The notes: generated by a model not told the origin, from the letters alone. DNA of 64,000 nt from Spirulina sp. (GCA_044070495.1 JBIPSI010000025.1:1-64000); one strand, 5' to 3'. Counted from the stretch's first letter, positions 18,295 to 29,718 are shown. Program-made: numbers and translations.

Positions 18295-20973
18295 GTGCCC
18301 GTTGCTGTTGATACCCTGCTAACCCCAGACATTAATAAGCCTGCTCGCTACCTGGGTAACGAACTAGGGGCCGTGCATAAACCCTGGGATCAGGCGGCGG
18401 TGCGTTGGGTGCTAACCTATCCCGAAATTTATGAAGTCGGTGCTTCCAACCTAGGGCACATCATTCTCTACAGCATTCTCAATACCCAGCCCCGGCAGCT
18501 CTGTGATCGCGCCTACCTACCTGCCGCCGACCTAGCTGCCAAGCTGAAGGAAACCCAAACGCCCCTGTTTGCGGTGGAATCCCAGCGGAATCTGACGGAT
18601 TTTGACATTCTGGGCTTCAGCCTCAGCTACGAGCTGGGGGCCACGAATATTCTGGAAATGCTGACCCTGGCAGGGGTTCCCCTTACCTGGCAGGAGCGGG
18701 ACAGCGCCGGGGCGTTCAGCACCGAGGGTGGATCTTGGCCACTGATTTTTGCTGGGGGACAAACCGCCACCTCGAACCCCGAACCCTACGCTGATTTCTT
18801 CGATTTTGTCGCCCTGGGCGATGGCGAAGAACTGCTGCCGGAAATTGGTCTGGTGATCGAAGAGGGCAAGGCGGCGGGCCTCAGCCGAGAGGAATTGTTG
18901 TTGGACTTGGCCCAGGTGCCGGGGGTCTACGTGCCCCGGTTCTACGACATGGCGGCGGATGGATCGGTGCATCCCAATCGACCTAATGTGCCAAAGCGCA
19001 TTCTGCGGCGGGTGGCCACGCCGATTCCGGCCTATGCCATGGGTCTGGTGCCCTACGTGGAGACCGTCCACGACCGCCTCACCGTGGAAATCCGCCGGGG
19101 TTGTACGCGGGGCTGTCGGTTTTGCCAGCCGGGGATGCTCACCCGTCCGGCGCGGGACGTGGAACCGGAGGCGGTGATCGACGCCATCGAAACCGGAATG
19201 CGAAAGACGGGCTACAACGAGTTTTCTCTGCTGTCCTTGAGTTGTTCGGATTACCTGGCCCTGCCTGCGGTGGGGGTGGAGGTAAAAAACCGCCTCAAGG
19301 ACGAGAACATTTCCCTGTCGCTGCCCAGCCAGCGGGTGGATCGCTTTGACGAAAACATCGCTAACATCATCGGCGGTACGCGGTTGACCGGGTTGACCTT
19401 TGCCCCAGAGGCAGGCACCCAGCGGATGCGGGACATTATTAACAAGGGACTGACCAACGAGGAACTGCTCCAGGGCGTCAAAACCGCCCACGAACAGGGT
19501 TGGGACAAAGTGAAGCTCTACTTCATGATCGGCCTGCCGGGGGAAACCGACGCCGACGTAATTGGCATTGCCGAAACCGTGCGCTGGCTGCGGCAAACCT
19601 GCTACATCAAGGGCCGCAAGCCGCTGTCCTTTAATATCACCATTTCCAACTTCACCCCCAAGCCCCACACGCCCTTTCAGTGGCACACGGTGTCCACCGA
19701 GGAGTTCAATCGTAAACAACGACTCCTGCGGGCCGAGTTCAACACCATGCGCTGGGCCAAGGTGAACTTCACCGATGTGCGAATTTCCGCCATGGAAGAC
19801 TTTGTGGGCCGAGGGGATCGATCCCTCTCCGCCGTGGTGCGCCGCGCCTGGGAACTGGGGGCCGGGATGGATTCTTGGTGGGAAAGTCTGGATAACGCCT
19901 TCAATGCCTGGGCGCAGGCCATCGATGAAGCGGGCCTAACCTGGAAGTATCGCCAAATTGCCCAGGGCGAATGGAACGTGATGACCACGGATGGGGACAA
20001 TCCCCACGCCAATTTAGACGCTGCTCTGCCCTGGGATCATTTGGATACCGGGATTGATAAGGAATGGCTGAAGCAGGATTTGATTCGCGCCCTGGAAGCC
20101 GCCACCGTGCCCGATTGCTCCTTTGAGGGCTGCTCCCACTGCGGGGTCTGTGGGCCAGACTTTGGCCACAACGTCGTGGTGCCACCGCTGCCGATTCCCG
20201 CCTTCGTGGGTCACGGCAAACCGGATTCAGAACGGGTGCAGCGGTTGCGGATCACCCTAGGCAAGCTGGGCACCATGGCGCTAATTGGCCATTTGGACTT
20301 GGTGCGCCTGTTTGACCGGGCTTTGCGGCGGGCCAGTCTACCGATTTCCTTCACGGGCGGATTCCATCCCGGCCCCAGACTTTCCCCCGCCAACGCCCTG
20401 CCCCTGGGGGCCACCAGCAGCGGTGAGGTGGTGGATTTTGAGCTAAAAGCTCCCATGGATCCCGCAGAATTTCTACAACGGTTAACCCAGGAACTACCGC
20501 CAGAAATTCCCCTGTACAGCGTGGAAGAAGTGCCCATCGACAGCCCTGCGGCTACAAAATTGCTAGAACGGGCGGAATATTACCTGCGGGTCGGCCTCGA
20601 AAATCCCACTCCGGCGACACCCGCTTGGGAGGCTTGGGTTAACCAGGTGCTCAACCAGTCCGAAATCCTCTGGGAGAAAACCACCAAATCCGGCAAGGTG
20701 CAGATGGTCAACCTGAGGGAGCAGCTCTACGAACTCGATTACATGGCCCTGAACCAAGTTACCGATGACGGATCCCTAGCCCCAATGCCAGAATGGAAGG
20801 TGACGGAACTGAAACTGGAACCTGGCGAAGCCCTGATTCGCGTGGTGGGTAGCTGCCGCAACGACGGGAACCTTCTGCGTCCCGAACAGGTCGTTTGGAT
20901 GGTAGAACAGGCTGCTGGGCAATCCTTACAGCTTCGCCATAAGCACCGTTCCCGTCTGTACCTCGCTGATTGA
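18295..20973 (+). CDS. TIGR03960-type radical SAM protein fused to a DUF2344/TIGR03936 domain
   Basis: KPARYLGNE, RGCTRGCRFC, C-terminal HLDLVRLFDRALRRASLPISFTGGFHP. Confidence 0.92.
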   Translation: MPVAVDTLLTPDINKPARYLGNELGAVHKPWDQAAVRWVLTYPEIYEVGASNLGHIILYSILNTQPRQLCDRAYLPAADLAAKLKETQTPLFAVESQRNLTDFDILGFSLSYELGATNILEMLTLAGVPLTWQERDSAGAFSTEGGSWPLIFAGGQTATSNPEPYADFFDFVALGDGEELLPEIGLVIEEGKAAGLSREELLLDLAQVPGVYVPRFYDMAADGSVHPNRPNVPKRILRRVATPIPAYAMGLVPYVETVHDRLTVEIRRGCTRGCRFCQPGMLTRPARDVEPEAVIDAIETGMRKTGYNEFSLLSLSCSDYLALPAVGVEVKNRLKDENISLSLPSQRVDRFDENIANIIGGTRLTGLTFAPEAGTQRMRDIINKGLTNEELLQGVKTAHEQGWDKVKLYFMIGLPGETDADVIGIAETVRWLRQTCYIKGRKPLSFNITISNFTPKPHTPFQWHTVSTEEFNRKQRLLRAEFNTMRWAKVNFTDVRISAMEDFVGRGDRSLSAVVRRAWELGAGMDSWWESLDNAFNAWAQAIDEAGLTWKYRQIAQGEWNVMTTDGDNPHANLDAALPWDHLDTGIDKEWLKQDLIRALEAATVPDCSFEGCSHCGVCGPDFGHNVVVPPLPIPAFVGHGKPDSERVQRLRITLGKLGTMALIGHLDLVRLFDRALRRASLPISFTGGFHPGPRLSPANALPLGATSSGEVVDFELKAPMDPAEFLQRLTQELPPEIPLYSVEEVPIDSPAATKLLERAEYYLRVGLENPTPATPAWEAWVNQVLNQSEILWEKTTKSGKVQMVNLREQLYELDYMALNQVTDDGSLAPMPEWKVTELKLEPGEALIRVVGSCRNDGNLLRPEQVVWMVEQAAGQSLQLRHKHRSRLYLAD

Positions 20974-20999
20974 TCACCGCCCTAGGGCAAGAGGCCTCC

Positions 21000-21815
21000 A
21001 TGATTCCTGCTAGTCCAGTTGGTTCAGTGTCATCCCGATCTGGGGTACAGGAACGATGGCGGTGGGCCACGGTAGGGATGGCTGTCGCCGGGGTCAGCAG
21101 TTTGGGGTTAACCTTGACCCCTGGCTCAGTGCTGGCCAACGAGCTATGTCAGGGAGATCTCAGAAATAGCACAGCGGTATCGGGAGCCATCCCCAACCTG
21201 TCTGCCAGCTTTGCTGAGGATGTCTGCCAAATTTTGACCATGCCCACCGCCAGTCGCTCCGAGGGTGAGGCTTTTCTCGGCCAAGTTCAACCTGGCTCAT
21301 TGCTCACTCACACCTCCGCCTCCGCCGAAACCATGACCCTGCCGAGCATGTGGTGGGCACGGGATTCGATTCCGCCGCAGTTGGGCCGCCATCGTTTGAT
21401 TGATTCCTGGCTGTCCTACACCATTCAGGGGGCAGAGGTGCGGGTGGTAGATGTGGTGATTAACGGCCAGTTTTGGCGAGCGTTGACCATGCCTCAGCGC
21501 TACGGCGTTCTGGCCCAGTTTGGCAACTCGGCTCAGGAGTTTGGCTATCACCTGCGGTTTTTCCAAAGTAATGGCTATTCCGCCCGGATGATTGGGGTCT
21601 ATGCCTGCGAAACCTCTGCCAGCGACACGCTGCCGACGAATGCTGCGGCCCATTGCCTAGTTACAGTAGACACCCCTCGTATTCTTCAACTTCAGCAGGC
21701 GATGCAGCCCCCGCCGTCGGTGCAAACCGCCACTGAACCTGGATCGACCAACTCCACCCCGTCTCTAGCCGATAACCCCAGATCGCTTCCCGATCTAGCT
21801 GACCTGCCGGAATAG
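21000..21815 (+). CDS. hypothetical exported protein
   Basis: long ORF with hydrophobic leader; start uncertain. Confidence 0.6.
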   Translation: MIPASPVGSVSSRSGVQERWRWATVGMAVAGVSSLGLTLTPGSVLANELCQGDLRNSTAVSGAIPNLSASFAEDVCQILTMPTASRSEGEAFLGQVQPGSLLTHTSASAETMTLPSMWWARDSIPPQLGRHRLIDSWLSYTIQGAEVRVVDVVINGQFWRALTMPQRYGVLAQFGNSAQEFGYHLRFFQSNGYSARMIGVYACETSASDTLPTNAAAHCLVTVDTPRILQLQQAMQPPPSVQTATEPGSTNSTPSLADNPRSLPDLADLPE

Positions 21816-21905
21816 GGCCGCTGTTCTAATCCACCGCCTAGCCTGAAGATTTTGAGGCCCACAGTTAGACCCATCGTAGCCCAGGGATCTAAGATGTCCG
21901 GCTAG

Positions 21906-23450
21906 CTACTCCGATAGGTTAGATCCCGTATCCACGTAGATAGATTCTAGGCGCTGGAGCACCTTAGCCTTCAGATGTGTCTTCAGCTCATTGCGGAGCA
22001 GATCGCGGCTGGTCACCATCGCCCCTAGATCCGGGCGGCTACGGGCGGTGACCACCCATTCTTTCAATAGTTGGCACTGGGGATCGGCGATGGTGCAAGA
22101 CAGCACATGGGCACAGCGGCGGGGATTTTCTAGGGCAAACAGCAGCAATTTGTAGGATCCAGTGGTGCCCAGCAGCCCCGCAATTTCCTGGCCTAGCTGG
22201 GTTTTGAGATCGATATAGCAGGGCAGCCAGCGCGCCCCGTGGGTGCTGCTATACAACACCGTCAGCCACAGCATGACGGGATGGGGCGACATGGTGCAAA
22301 TAAATGTGTTGTAGCGGGTGCTAATTAGGCGACGGTTGATTTCCTCCTCCGGCATCATGGCCCACAGGGTGGCGAGATTGCCTCGGCTGGTGGGTACCGC
22401 GTGGGGAAAGACAATTTCGGCAATGGGCTTGCTGGGGGGCCAAACCATCAGCCGACAGACTTGATCATCGTCAACGACAGCCTTGTTGAGCGTCGCCTGT
22501 TTGGCGACGGGCACCCGGTTTAGGGTGGTGCTAATCCGCTGACTAATGCGAAAGCCATTGACATAGCGGCTTTCTAGGGGTTCTAGGGTGGTGAGGACAT
22601 CCTGGATGGTCTGGGGCCGATCCTCCGGGCGCTTCGCCATACAGCGCAGAATCAGATCCTCTAGCAGCCTCGGTACCTTAAGTTGGCTAGCGACATCCTC
22701 AATGCGCTTGGGGGATTCGCTCTGGTGTACCTTATACCAACCGCCGAAGGTGTGGCTGCTGGATCGCAGCGGCAGATGCCCGGTCAGCATTTGAAACATC
22801 ATGATGCCGAGACTGTAAATGTCGGATCGGCCATCCAGTTCTCGCCCGTCCATCTGTTCGGGGGAGGCATAGGCAAGGGTGCCCATGAAGCAATTAGTTT
22901 GGTCGCTGCCCGCCTGCATCAGCTTGGCGATACCAAAGTCCAAAATTTTGGCCAGTTCCCCCAGGGTCGGATCCTGGACGATCATAATGTTGCTGGGCTT
23001 AATATCTCGGTGAATGATGGGAACCGGTTCCGCCTGGGTTTTGAGGGTAATGCCATCGTGGGCAGCCTGAAGCCCCAGGCAAATTTGCCGAATTAGCCCT
23101 AAAAATCGAGGAATGGGTAGGGGTTGCAGGTTAATCATCTGGCTCAGACTTTGACCCTGGAGGTATTCCATCACGTAGAAGGGAACCCCCTCTTCGTTCA
23201 CCCCATAGTCGGTGACGCGCACCACATGGATACTTTTTTGGCCCAGTTGGGCGCAGGTCATCGCCTCCTGCATGAAGCGATCCCGCATCTTGTCGTTCAT
23301 CATCGTCTGGGACAAAAACTTGACCGCCACCTTGACGCTGCCCAGCAAGACATCCTCCGCCAAGTAGACCCGTCCCATGGATCCTTGGCCTAGGGGTTGA
23401 AGAAGTTCGTAGCGATTGGCAAGCTTGGTGCCTAGGTTTGAGTCAGCCAT
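21906..23450 (-). CDS. Ser/Thr protein kinase, SpkA-like
   Basis: GQGSMG, VAVK, HRDIKPSN, DFG, YASPE; cyanobacterial C-terminal domain (WLPCYIDL). Confidence 0.92.
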   Translation of the reverse strand: MADSNLGTKLANRYELLQPLGQGSMGRVYLAEDVLLGSVKVAVKFLSQTMMNDKMRDRFMQEAMTCAQLGQKSIHVVRVTDYGVNEEGVPFYVMEYLQGQSLSQMINLQPLPIPRFLGLIRQICLGLQAAHDGITLKTQAEPVPIIHRDIKPSNIMIVQDPTLGELAKILDFGIAKLMQAGSDQTNCFMGTLAYASPEQMDGRELDGRSDIYSLGIMMFQMLTGHLPLRSSSHTFGGWYKVHQSESPKRIEDVASQLKVPRLLEDLILRCMAKRPEDRPQTIQDVLTTLEPLESRYVNGFRISQRISTTLNRVPVAKQATLNKAVVDDDQVCRLMVWPPSKPIAEIVFPHAVPTSRGNLATLWAMMPEEEINRRLISTRYNTFICTMSPHPVMLWLTVLYSSTHGARWLPCYIDLKTQLGQEIAGLLGTTGSYKLLLFALENPRRCAHVLSCTIADPQCQLLKEWVVTARSRPDLGAMVTSRDLLRNELKTHLKAKVLQRLESIYVDTGSNLSE

Positions 23451-23706
23451 AGCGATTGATAACCAGCCATTGTGCGCGTTGCCCAGGGGACGACCTAACC
23501 GGATCTGGGGGTGGGGAACAAAGTAACGACGACCAACGATGAACCTTTTGCCCTAGGGGCCACAATTCCCTTCCCATTAGGGCCATATCCCTAGGTCACC
23601 GAACCCGATCCGGATAGGGCCGGAACCAGGGCAGAATCTTTACCAAGGTTCGATGGACGCTAGGGTGATCTTAATATGCCCACTTTAGTCAGAAATCACT
23701 CGACCG

Positions 23707-24168
23707 CTATCCCCCCAGGGGAGGTGCCGCCTGAAGTTGCAGGGTCGCCTCCATGGCGCTGGTGAGGTAGTGACCCGTCATGATGCCACTGGACATGTGA
23801 TAACGGCCATCATCGAGGCGGTGCAGGGTTTCAAATCCGGTGCGACGCTGGCGATCCCCTAAGGCCCAATATCTCTGAATAATAGAGTCTGGGGCCACCC
23901 AGCCCTCACCCTCCACCCGGCCCAACTGGCTATGCTGGAGCACAAACGTATATTGGCAGTCGCCGCTGGCGAGTCGTCCGCGATATTGCAGGGCCATTTC
24001 GGCGGGGGTGGCTTCCGGGATGACCAGTTTCATCACCATGGTAAACCAGTCATCCCGGCTCCAGGCAATCAGAATTTTGCCCTTCACCGGAGTGGGGAGG
24101 CGATCCCGCTCTAACCAGCTTCCTTGTAATGTCCAGCGTCCTGGTTCAACCAAAAAACTGTGAACCAC
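23707..24168 (-). CDS. conserved cyanobacterial hypothetical protein
   Basis: GTG start with GAGGAG RBS; HSFLVEPGRW, GRVEGEGW, QRYW motifs. Confidence 0.7.
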   Translation of the reverse strand: MVHSFLVEPGRWTLQGSWLERDRLPTPVKGKILIAWSRDDWFTMVMKLVIPEATPAEMALQYRGRLASGDCQYTFVLQHSQLGRVEGEGWVAPDSIIQRYWALGDRQRRTGFETLHRLDDGRYHMSSGIMTGHYLTSAMEATLQLQAAPPLGG

Positions 24169-24325
24169 TGGTTGCTCCTCAAACCATGAACCTAAGGGCC
24201 GCTGATCAGGGCTGATAGCCAGCATCCCTAGACCAGTAAGCCACTCTCACTCCAGCATACGCCCTATTCCTAAGAGTGGGATCTCCGGGGGGCTGATTGA
24301 TGCGAACCGTAAAACCTCCACCGCT

Positions 24326-25468
24326 CTAGGGATAGTGGATGTCGCCTAGGAGCGTGGCTGAGGTGGCTCCAGTTACCGTCGGCAGGTTGCCCGGAAACCG
24401 CTGCCAGCGCCAATAGCCCAGCACCGCAAAGGCCATGGCTTCTTTATCATTGGCGGGCACTCCGGCCTCGTCGGTGGGAGCGACGGGAATATCGGGGAAG
24501 TGATCCTGGAGGTAAGCCATGAGGGTTGGGTTACGACTGCCGCCGCCGCCCACCAGGATGGCATCGGGCAGGGCGGGTAAAAAGGTGCGGTAGGACTGGG
24601 CTATGGTGGCCGCCGTAAAGGCGGTCAGGGTTGCCACGAAGTCCATGGTTCCCAACCCACGCCCCTGGGCCTGCCGCTGGCACTGCTGGAAATAATCCCA
24701 GCCAAACAGTTCCCGCCCCGTGGATTTAGGCGGCGGCTGGTGCAGATAGGGGTGTTGCAGCCAGTCGTGAATCAGATCGAGGCAAGGGATGCCCTGGGCG
24801 GCCCAGGCTCCATCCACATCATAGGTAAGGCTGCCCTCGGAGAGGGTGGCCATGGCGATGTCAATGAGGGAGTTTCCTGGTCCTGTATCCCAGCCCAAAA
24901 TGGCCGGGGGCTGCGGCGATGGGTGACGATCCCAAGTAGGCAAGTAGGTGACGTTGCCAATGCCGCCGATATTTTGCACACAGCGGCGCATCTGGGGATG
25001 ACTCAGCAAACAAAGATCGACAATCGGCACCAGGGGCGCACCCTCTCCCCCGGCCTCAATGTCGGCCTGTCGGAAATTACTGACCGTCGGTATCCCCAGA
25101 TGCCGGGCTAGGCTAGCCCCCCGCCCCAACTGCACGCTATAGGCCAGTTGCCGCCCCTGCACCGGACGATGAAACACCGTTTGACCGTGGGAGGCCACCA
25201 AATCCACCGCCCCGGATTGATCGATGGCCTGCTGGGCCACCTGGGCAAACTGCTGGGCAATGGCCTCATCCAGATCCGCTAAGTCCGCTAGGGATAGAGG
25301 GTTTCCAGCGCAGGCGGCCAAAATTCGCTGGCGCAGGTCATCGGGGTAGGATTCGGTAAACCCCGCCACTAGGCAAGCCTCCAGGCCGTAGCCCTCGCCC
25401 TCAAGATCGACGACCGCCACATCAATGCCATCGGCAGAGGTGCCGCTTATTAACCCAATCACCCGCAT
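24326..25468 (-). CDS. anmK: anhydro-N-acetylmuramic acid kinase
   Basis: GLISGTSADGID, SHGQT, GGEGAPL, NIGGIGN, DTGPGN, PKSTGRE. Confidence 0.96.
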   Translation of the reverse strand: MRVIGLISGTSADGIDVAVVDLEGEGYGLEACLVAGFTESYPDDLRQRILAACAGNPLSLADLADLDEAIAQQFAQVAQQAIDQSGAVDLVASHGQTVFHRPVQGRQLAYSVQLGRGASLARHLGIPTVSNFRQADIEAGGEGAPLVPIVDLCLLSHPQMRRCVQNIGGIGNVTYLPTWDRHPSPQPPAILGWDTGPGNSLIDIAMATLSEGSLTYDVDGAWAAQGIPCLDLIHDWLQHPYLHQPPPKSTGRELFGWDYFQQCQRQAQGRGLGTMDFVATLTAFTAATIAQSYRTFLPALPDAILVGGGGSRNPTLMAYLQDHFPDIPVAPTDEAGVPANDKEAMAFAVLGYWRWQRFPGNLPTVTGATSATLLGDIHYP

Positions 25469-25623
25469 AACAGCGCCTCGTTTCTTGGTTTTGCTAGATT
25501 TCTAGGGTTGCAGATGTCTAGACTCGGTAGAGTTCTAGGCTCGGCCAATGGTCATCGGAACAGGGGGGCTTAGCTATGCTGGCAAACGACGTCCTCCTGT
25601 TGAGGGCGACCTGGGCTAGCGGG

Positions 25624-26328
25624 CTAAACAGGCAAGTGCTCTAGCCCCTTGTTGCTGCCAATCACCACCATCAGCCCCCCCGCCTTCAGTCGAGTAACGG
25701 GGCTGGGGTTAATTTCAAACTTATCGGGCTGCTGGTCTTGGCTAACGGCCAGCACGGTTAGCTCGTAGCGGTTGCGCAGATCCAGATCAATAATCGTCTT
25801 CTGATCAAAGGCCTTGGGCACGATGATCTCAGCAATACTGTGGTCAGGATCAATTTCAAACCGATCTAAAATTCCTGGCGTGGTGAGGGAACGGGCCAGT
25901 TCACAGCCCATTTCATGCTCTGGGAAGACCACATGATCTGCCCCCACGCGGTCTAGCAGCTTGCCGTGGATCTCTGAAGACGCCTTAGCGACTACGTTTT
26001 TCACCCCCGCCTCCTTGAGATTTAGGGTGGTGATGATGCTTTCTTCCACATAGTTGCCAATCGCCACAATCACCGTGTCAAACTCGGTGATACCCGACTC
26101 CTTGAGGGCCGTGGGCTGGGTCGTATCGAGCTGTACCGCGTGGGCCGCGATCTGATCGGTGAGGGCTTGGCTGACGCGGCGCTCGTCTTCATCGGCGGCC
26201 AAGACCTCGTAGCCGAGACTGTTTAGGGTGGTGCAAACGGCCCGCCCAAAGCGTCCTAGCCCAATCACCGCAAACTGGCGGGTCGAGGAACGCATCTTGC
26301 GCAAAAAAGTCAACGATGTCAGATTCAC
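25624..26328 (-). CDS. ktrA: TrkA/KtrA potassium uptake regulatory subunit
   Basis: FAVIGLGRFG, RCK-N and RCK-C domains. Confidence 0.9.
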   Translation of the reverse strand: MNLTSLTFLRKMRSSTRQFAVIGLGRFGRAVCTTLNSLGYEVLAADEDERRVSQALTDQIAAHAVQLDTTQPTALKESGITEFDTVIVAIGNYVEESIITTLNLKEAGVKNVVAKASSEIHGKLLDRVGADHVVFPEHEMGCELARSLTTPGILDRFEIDPDHSIAEIIVPKAFDQKTIIDLDLRNRYELTVLAVSQDQQPDKFEINPSPVTRLKAGGLMVVIGSNKGLEHLPV

Positions 26329-26490
26329 AGACCGACTTCCAAACGGAGGACAATTGTTTAGGCGGGACGCTGACCCCTTTCATCCTACCTATTACTGCCC
26401 TCCAGGCATAGCATCGCCCCAACAGAATTTCTTTAGCGGCGGGAAGTCTTTTTTGCTACGCTAGCTTAATGACTTTTAAAGGATAGGACT

Positions 26491-27648
26491 ATGCAACTTG
26501 GTCGCGGCAAAACCGCCCGCAGGGCCTACGGCATTGACGAAATCGCCCTCGTGCCCGGCCTGAGAACACTGGATCCCTCTCTAGCGGACACGCGCTGGCA
26601 GATTGGCGGCCTTGATCGGGAGATTCCCATTATTGCCAGCGCCATGGATGGGGTGGTGGATGTCACCATGGCCATTCGCCTGTCGCAGTTGGGTGCCCTA
26701 GGCGTGCTCAACCTAGAGGGCATTCAAACCCGCTATGCCGACCCCAATCCCATCCTCGATAAAATTGCCTCGGTAGGTAAGGACGAGTTTGTGGGATTAA
26801 TGCAAAGCCTCTACGCCGAGCCGATTAAACCCGAACTCATTACCCAGCGGATTCAGGAAATCAAGTCTGGGGGCGGGATTGCAGCGGTTAGCGTCACCCC
26901 CGCTGGGGCGGCCCGCTTTGGCCAAACCATTGCCGAAGCCGGAGCAGATCTGGTCTTTGTTCAGGCCACCGTGGTCTCCACCGCTCACCTCTCACCGGAA
27001 AATATTGAACCGCTAGATTTAGCAGCGTTCTGTGCGGCCATGCCCATGCCAGTTATCCTGGGCAACTGCGTCACCTATGACGTTGCCCTCAACCTGATGA
27101 AGGCCGGGGCCGCTGGGGTGTTGGTGGGCATTGGCCCCGGTGCCGCCTGCACCTCCCGTGGCGTGTTGGGCGTCGGGGTACCCCAAGCCACCGCCGTCTC
27201 CGACTGCGCCGCCGCCCGCGACGACTACTTCCACGAAACCGGACGCTACATCACCATCATTGCCGATGGTGGTCTCGTCACCGGGGGCGACATCTGTAAG
27301 TGCATTGCCTGCGGTGCCGATGGCGTCATGATTGGCTCTCCCTTTGCCCGCGCTGCCGAAGCCCCAGGCCGAGGCTACCACTGGGGCATGGCTACCCCCA
27401 GCCCCGTACTGCCCCGGGGCACCCGCATTCGGGTTGGCACCACTGGCACCCTAGAGCAAATTCTACGTGGCCCCGCCCAATTAGATGACGGCACCCACAA
27501 CTTTCTAGGAGCTCTGCAAACCAGCATGAGCACCCTAGGGGCCAAGGATCTCAAGGAAATGCAGCAGGTCGAGGTGGTGATTGCCCCCTCTCTGCTCACG
27601 GAGGGCAAGGTCTACCAAAAAGCTCAGCAGCTTGGCATGGGCAAATAA
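26491..27648 (+). CDS. guaB: IMP dehydrogenase-related protein (GuaB3 type)
   Basis: RRAYGIDEIALVP, GIGPGAACTSR, ADGG, WGMAT. Confidence 0.93.
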   Translation: MQLGRGKTARRAYGIDEIALVPGLRTLDPSLADTRWQIGGLDREIPIIASAMDGVVDVTMAIRLSQLGALGVLNLEGIQTRYADPNPILDKIASVGKDEFVGLMQSLYAEPIKPELITQRIQEIKSGGGIAAVSVTPAGAARFGQTIAEAGADLVFVQATVVSTAHLSPENIEPLDLAAFCAAMPMPVILGNCVTYDVALNLMKAGAAGVLVGIGPGAACTSRGVLGVGVPQATAVSDCAAARDDYFHETGRYITIIADGGLVTGGDICKCIACGADGVMIGSPFARAAEAPGRGYHWGMATPSPVLPRGTRIRVGTTGTLEQILRGPAQLDDGTHNFLGALQTSMSTLGAKDLKEMQQVEVVIAPSLLTEGKVYQKAQQLGMGK

Positions 27649-27745
27649 AGGCCCTCCTACCCCTATTTCTAGGGCCGCAATAGGTAAGGTGACGGATCTT
27701 AAACTGTCCACCGGTTGAGGGTGGTAATTTCTGGGTTGTCCGCTG

Positions 27746-27751
27746 TACAAT
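27746..27751 (+). promoter_or_regulatory. -10 box of the Yfr1 promoter
   Basis: TG-TACAAT about 7 nt upstream of the Yfr1 5' hairpin. Confidence 0.6.
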
Positions 27752-27758
27752 GAAGAAA

Positions 27759-27832
27759 AGCGGAGACGAAAGTTTCCGTTCACTCCTCACACCACACTCC
27801 GCCTGGGCCTTTGGGTTCAGGCGGTTCCTTTT
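27759..27832 (+). ncRNA. yfr1: Yfr1 small RNA
   Basis: ACTCCTCACAC (27782-27792) between two hairpins; known guaB-trxA position. Confidence 0.92.
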
Positions 27833-28037
27833 GGGCACAGGTTGGACAAGACAAGTTTTAGGGGTTACCCGTATGGACTGGGCTGGTGGCTAACTGGGGA
27901 CTGGGGAGCCTTGCAGGTCGGCTGGTCTTCGGCTGGGGCGATAAAATTGTGTCCTATTGTATGGCCAGCGGTTAAAGGGGGCAGTTTTTGGCTATGGTAG
28001 GATGGCGTGTGTTTAAGAAAGGCAAGGAAGACTAGGC

Positions 28038-28373
28038 ATGGCAGCAGCCTCTGAAGTCACAGACTCTACATTTAAGCAAGAAGTCCTCGAAAGCAGCGTT
28101 CCCGTTCTGGTAGATTTTTGGGCTCCGTGGTGCGGCCCCTGTCGGATGGTGGCCCCTGTGGTGGAGGAAATTGCCGCTCAATACGTCGGCACAGTGAAGG
28201 TAGTCAAGGTGAATACCGATGACAACCCTCAAGTAGCCAGCGCTTACGGTATTCGCAGCATCCCTACCCTGATGATTTTCAAAAACGGGGAGCGGGTTGA
28301 TATGGTGGTTGGGGCCGTCCCCAAGACGACCGTGGTCAACACCCTAGAAAAGTACCTAGAGAAAAGTACCTAG
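28038..28373 (+). CDS. trxA: thioredoxin (m-type)
   Basis: WAPWCGPC. Confidence 0.97.
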   Translation: MAAASEVTDSTFKQEVLESSVPVLVDFWAPWCGPCRMVAPVVEEIAAQYVGTVKVVKVNTDDNPQVASAYGIRSIPTLMIFKNGERVDMVVGAVPKTTVVNTLEKYLEKST

Positions 28374-28552
28374 ATCCTGGCTAATTACGCTGGATCTCAC
28401 TAACTCCAACGGTCTTTTGATCCATCCCCTGAACACCTGTTTCTCCGCGAAGCAGGTGTTTTTGATGGACGATGTAGCCACAGACGAGAACAACCTCCGG
28501 CCCGATAACAATTCTCGGTAGAATAGGGTACTGCCCATTTATTTCCAAACCT

Positions 28553-29617
28553 ATGGTTGCTATTCCCTCGAATCTTCCGTCCAGTATCCAGGCAGATATG
28601 GAGGTCTTACTCGATCACCTCCCTACCCTGGAGCATGGCAAGCTGATTCGGCAGGTGCTAGAGACCATTCTGCGCATGATGAGCCGCGAGTCGGATCGGC
28701 TGGACTGGAAGATCCTCAACTACGCGCTGCTGGATATGGAGCAGGGGTTTCAGATGTTCCATCCCTATCGCCATACCCGCAAAGTCACGATCTTTGGTTC
28801 CGCTCGCATGGGAGCCGACAACCCCGACTATATTTTGGCCCAGCAGTTTGCAGAACAGGTGACCCAACTGGGCTTTATGGTGATGACCGGGGCCGGGGGC
28901 GGCATTATGGAGGCCGGAAATGCTGGGGCGGGGCCAGAAAACTCCTTTGGGCTGAATATTCAGTTGCCCTTCGAGCAGGGGGCTAATCCGGTGATGACCG
29001 ACAACCCCAAGCTGATCAACTTCAAGTATTTCTTTACCCGCAAGCTCTTTTTTATTCGTGAAAGCGATGCCCTCGTGCTGTTTCCCGGTGGCTTTGGCAC
29101 CCAGGATGAGGGATTTGAGTCCTTGACGCTGATCCAAACCGGAAAAGCCGACCCGATGCCCGTGGTGTTGATCGATCATCCCGGCGGCAACTACTGGAAA
29201 GACTGGGACACCTACATTCGGGATCATTTGATGGAGCGAGGGTTGATCAGCCCCGACGACCCCAGCCTCTATACCATTACCGACAATGTCGATGACGCCT
29301 GCCACGCCATCAGCAGCTTTTACCGGGTCTATCACTCCTGCCGCTACGTGGGGGATCGACTGGTGATTCGGCTGAAATGCGAACTGCCCGATGCGGCGGT
29401 GGCTCTGCTGAACGAAGAGTATGGCGATATTTTGTCGAAGGGGCAGATTGAAAAATCGGCGGCCCTGCCGGAGGAAAAAAACGACGAAACCATCCCCCTG
29501 CCGCGTTTAGTCATGCACTTTAACCACCGAGATTTTGGCAAGCTACACCAGTTTATTCGGCGGCTGAATGATCTGGGGGATAGTCGTCCTGAACTGGAGC
29601 ACCCAGAACAGAAGTAG
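28553..29617 (+). CDS. LOG family (TIGR00730-like) protein
   Basis: IFGSAR, TGAGGGIM, FKYFFTRK, PGGFGTQDE. Confidence 0.9.
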   Translation: MVAIPSNLPSSIQADMEVLLDHLPTLEHGKLIRQVLETILRMMSRESDRLDWKILNYALLDMEQGFQMFHPYRHTRKVTIFGSARMGADNPDYILAQQFAEQVTQLGFMVMTGAGGGIMEAGNAGAGPENSFGLNIQLPFEQGANPVMTDNPKLINFKYFFTRKLFFIRESDALVLFPGGFGTQDEGFESLTLIQTGKADPMPVVLIDHPGGNYWKDWDTYIRDHLMERGLISPDDPSLYTITDNVDDACHAISSFYRVYHSCRYVGDRLVIRLKCELPDAAVALLNEEYGDILSKGQIEKSAALPEEKNDETIPLPRLVMHFNHRDFGKLHQFIRRLNDLGDSRPELEHPEQK

Positions 29618-29718
29618 CCCACCGACAGGGGGTCTCCCTACCCGCCGGTGACTGAAGGAGTGATTGAGTGTGAGGGGCCGTTCCCTTGCCTGATGATCAC
29701 TATAACTCGATGCGATCA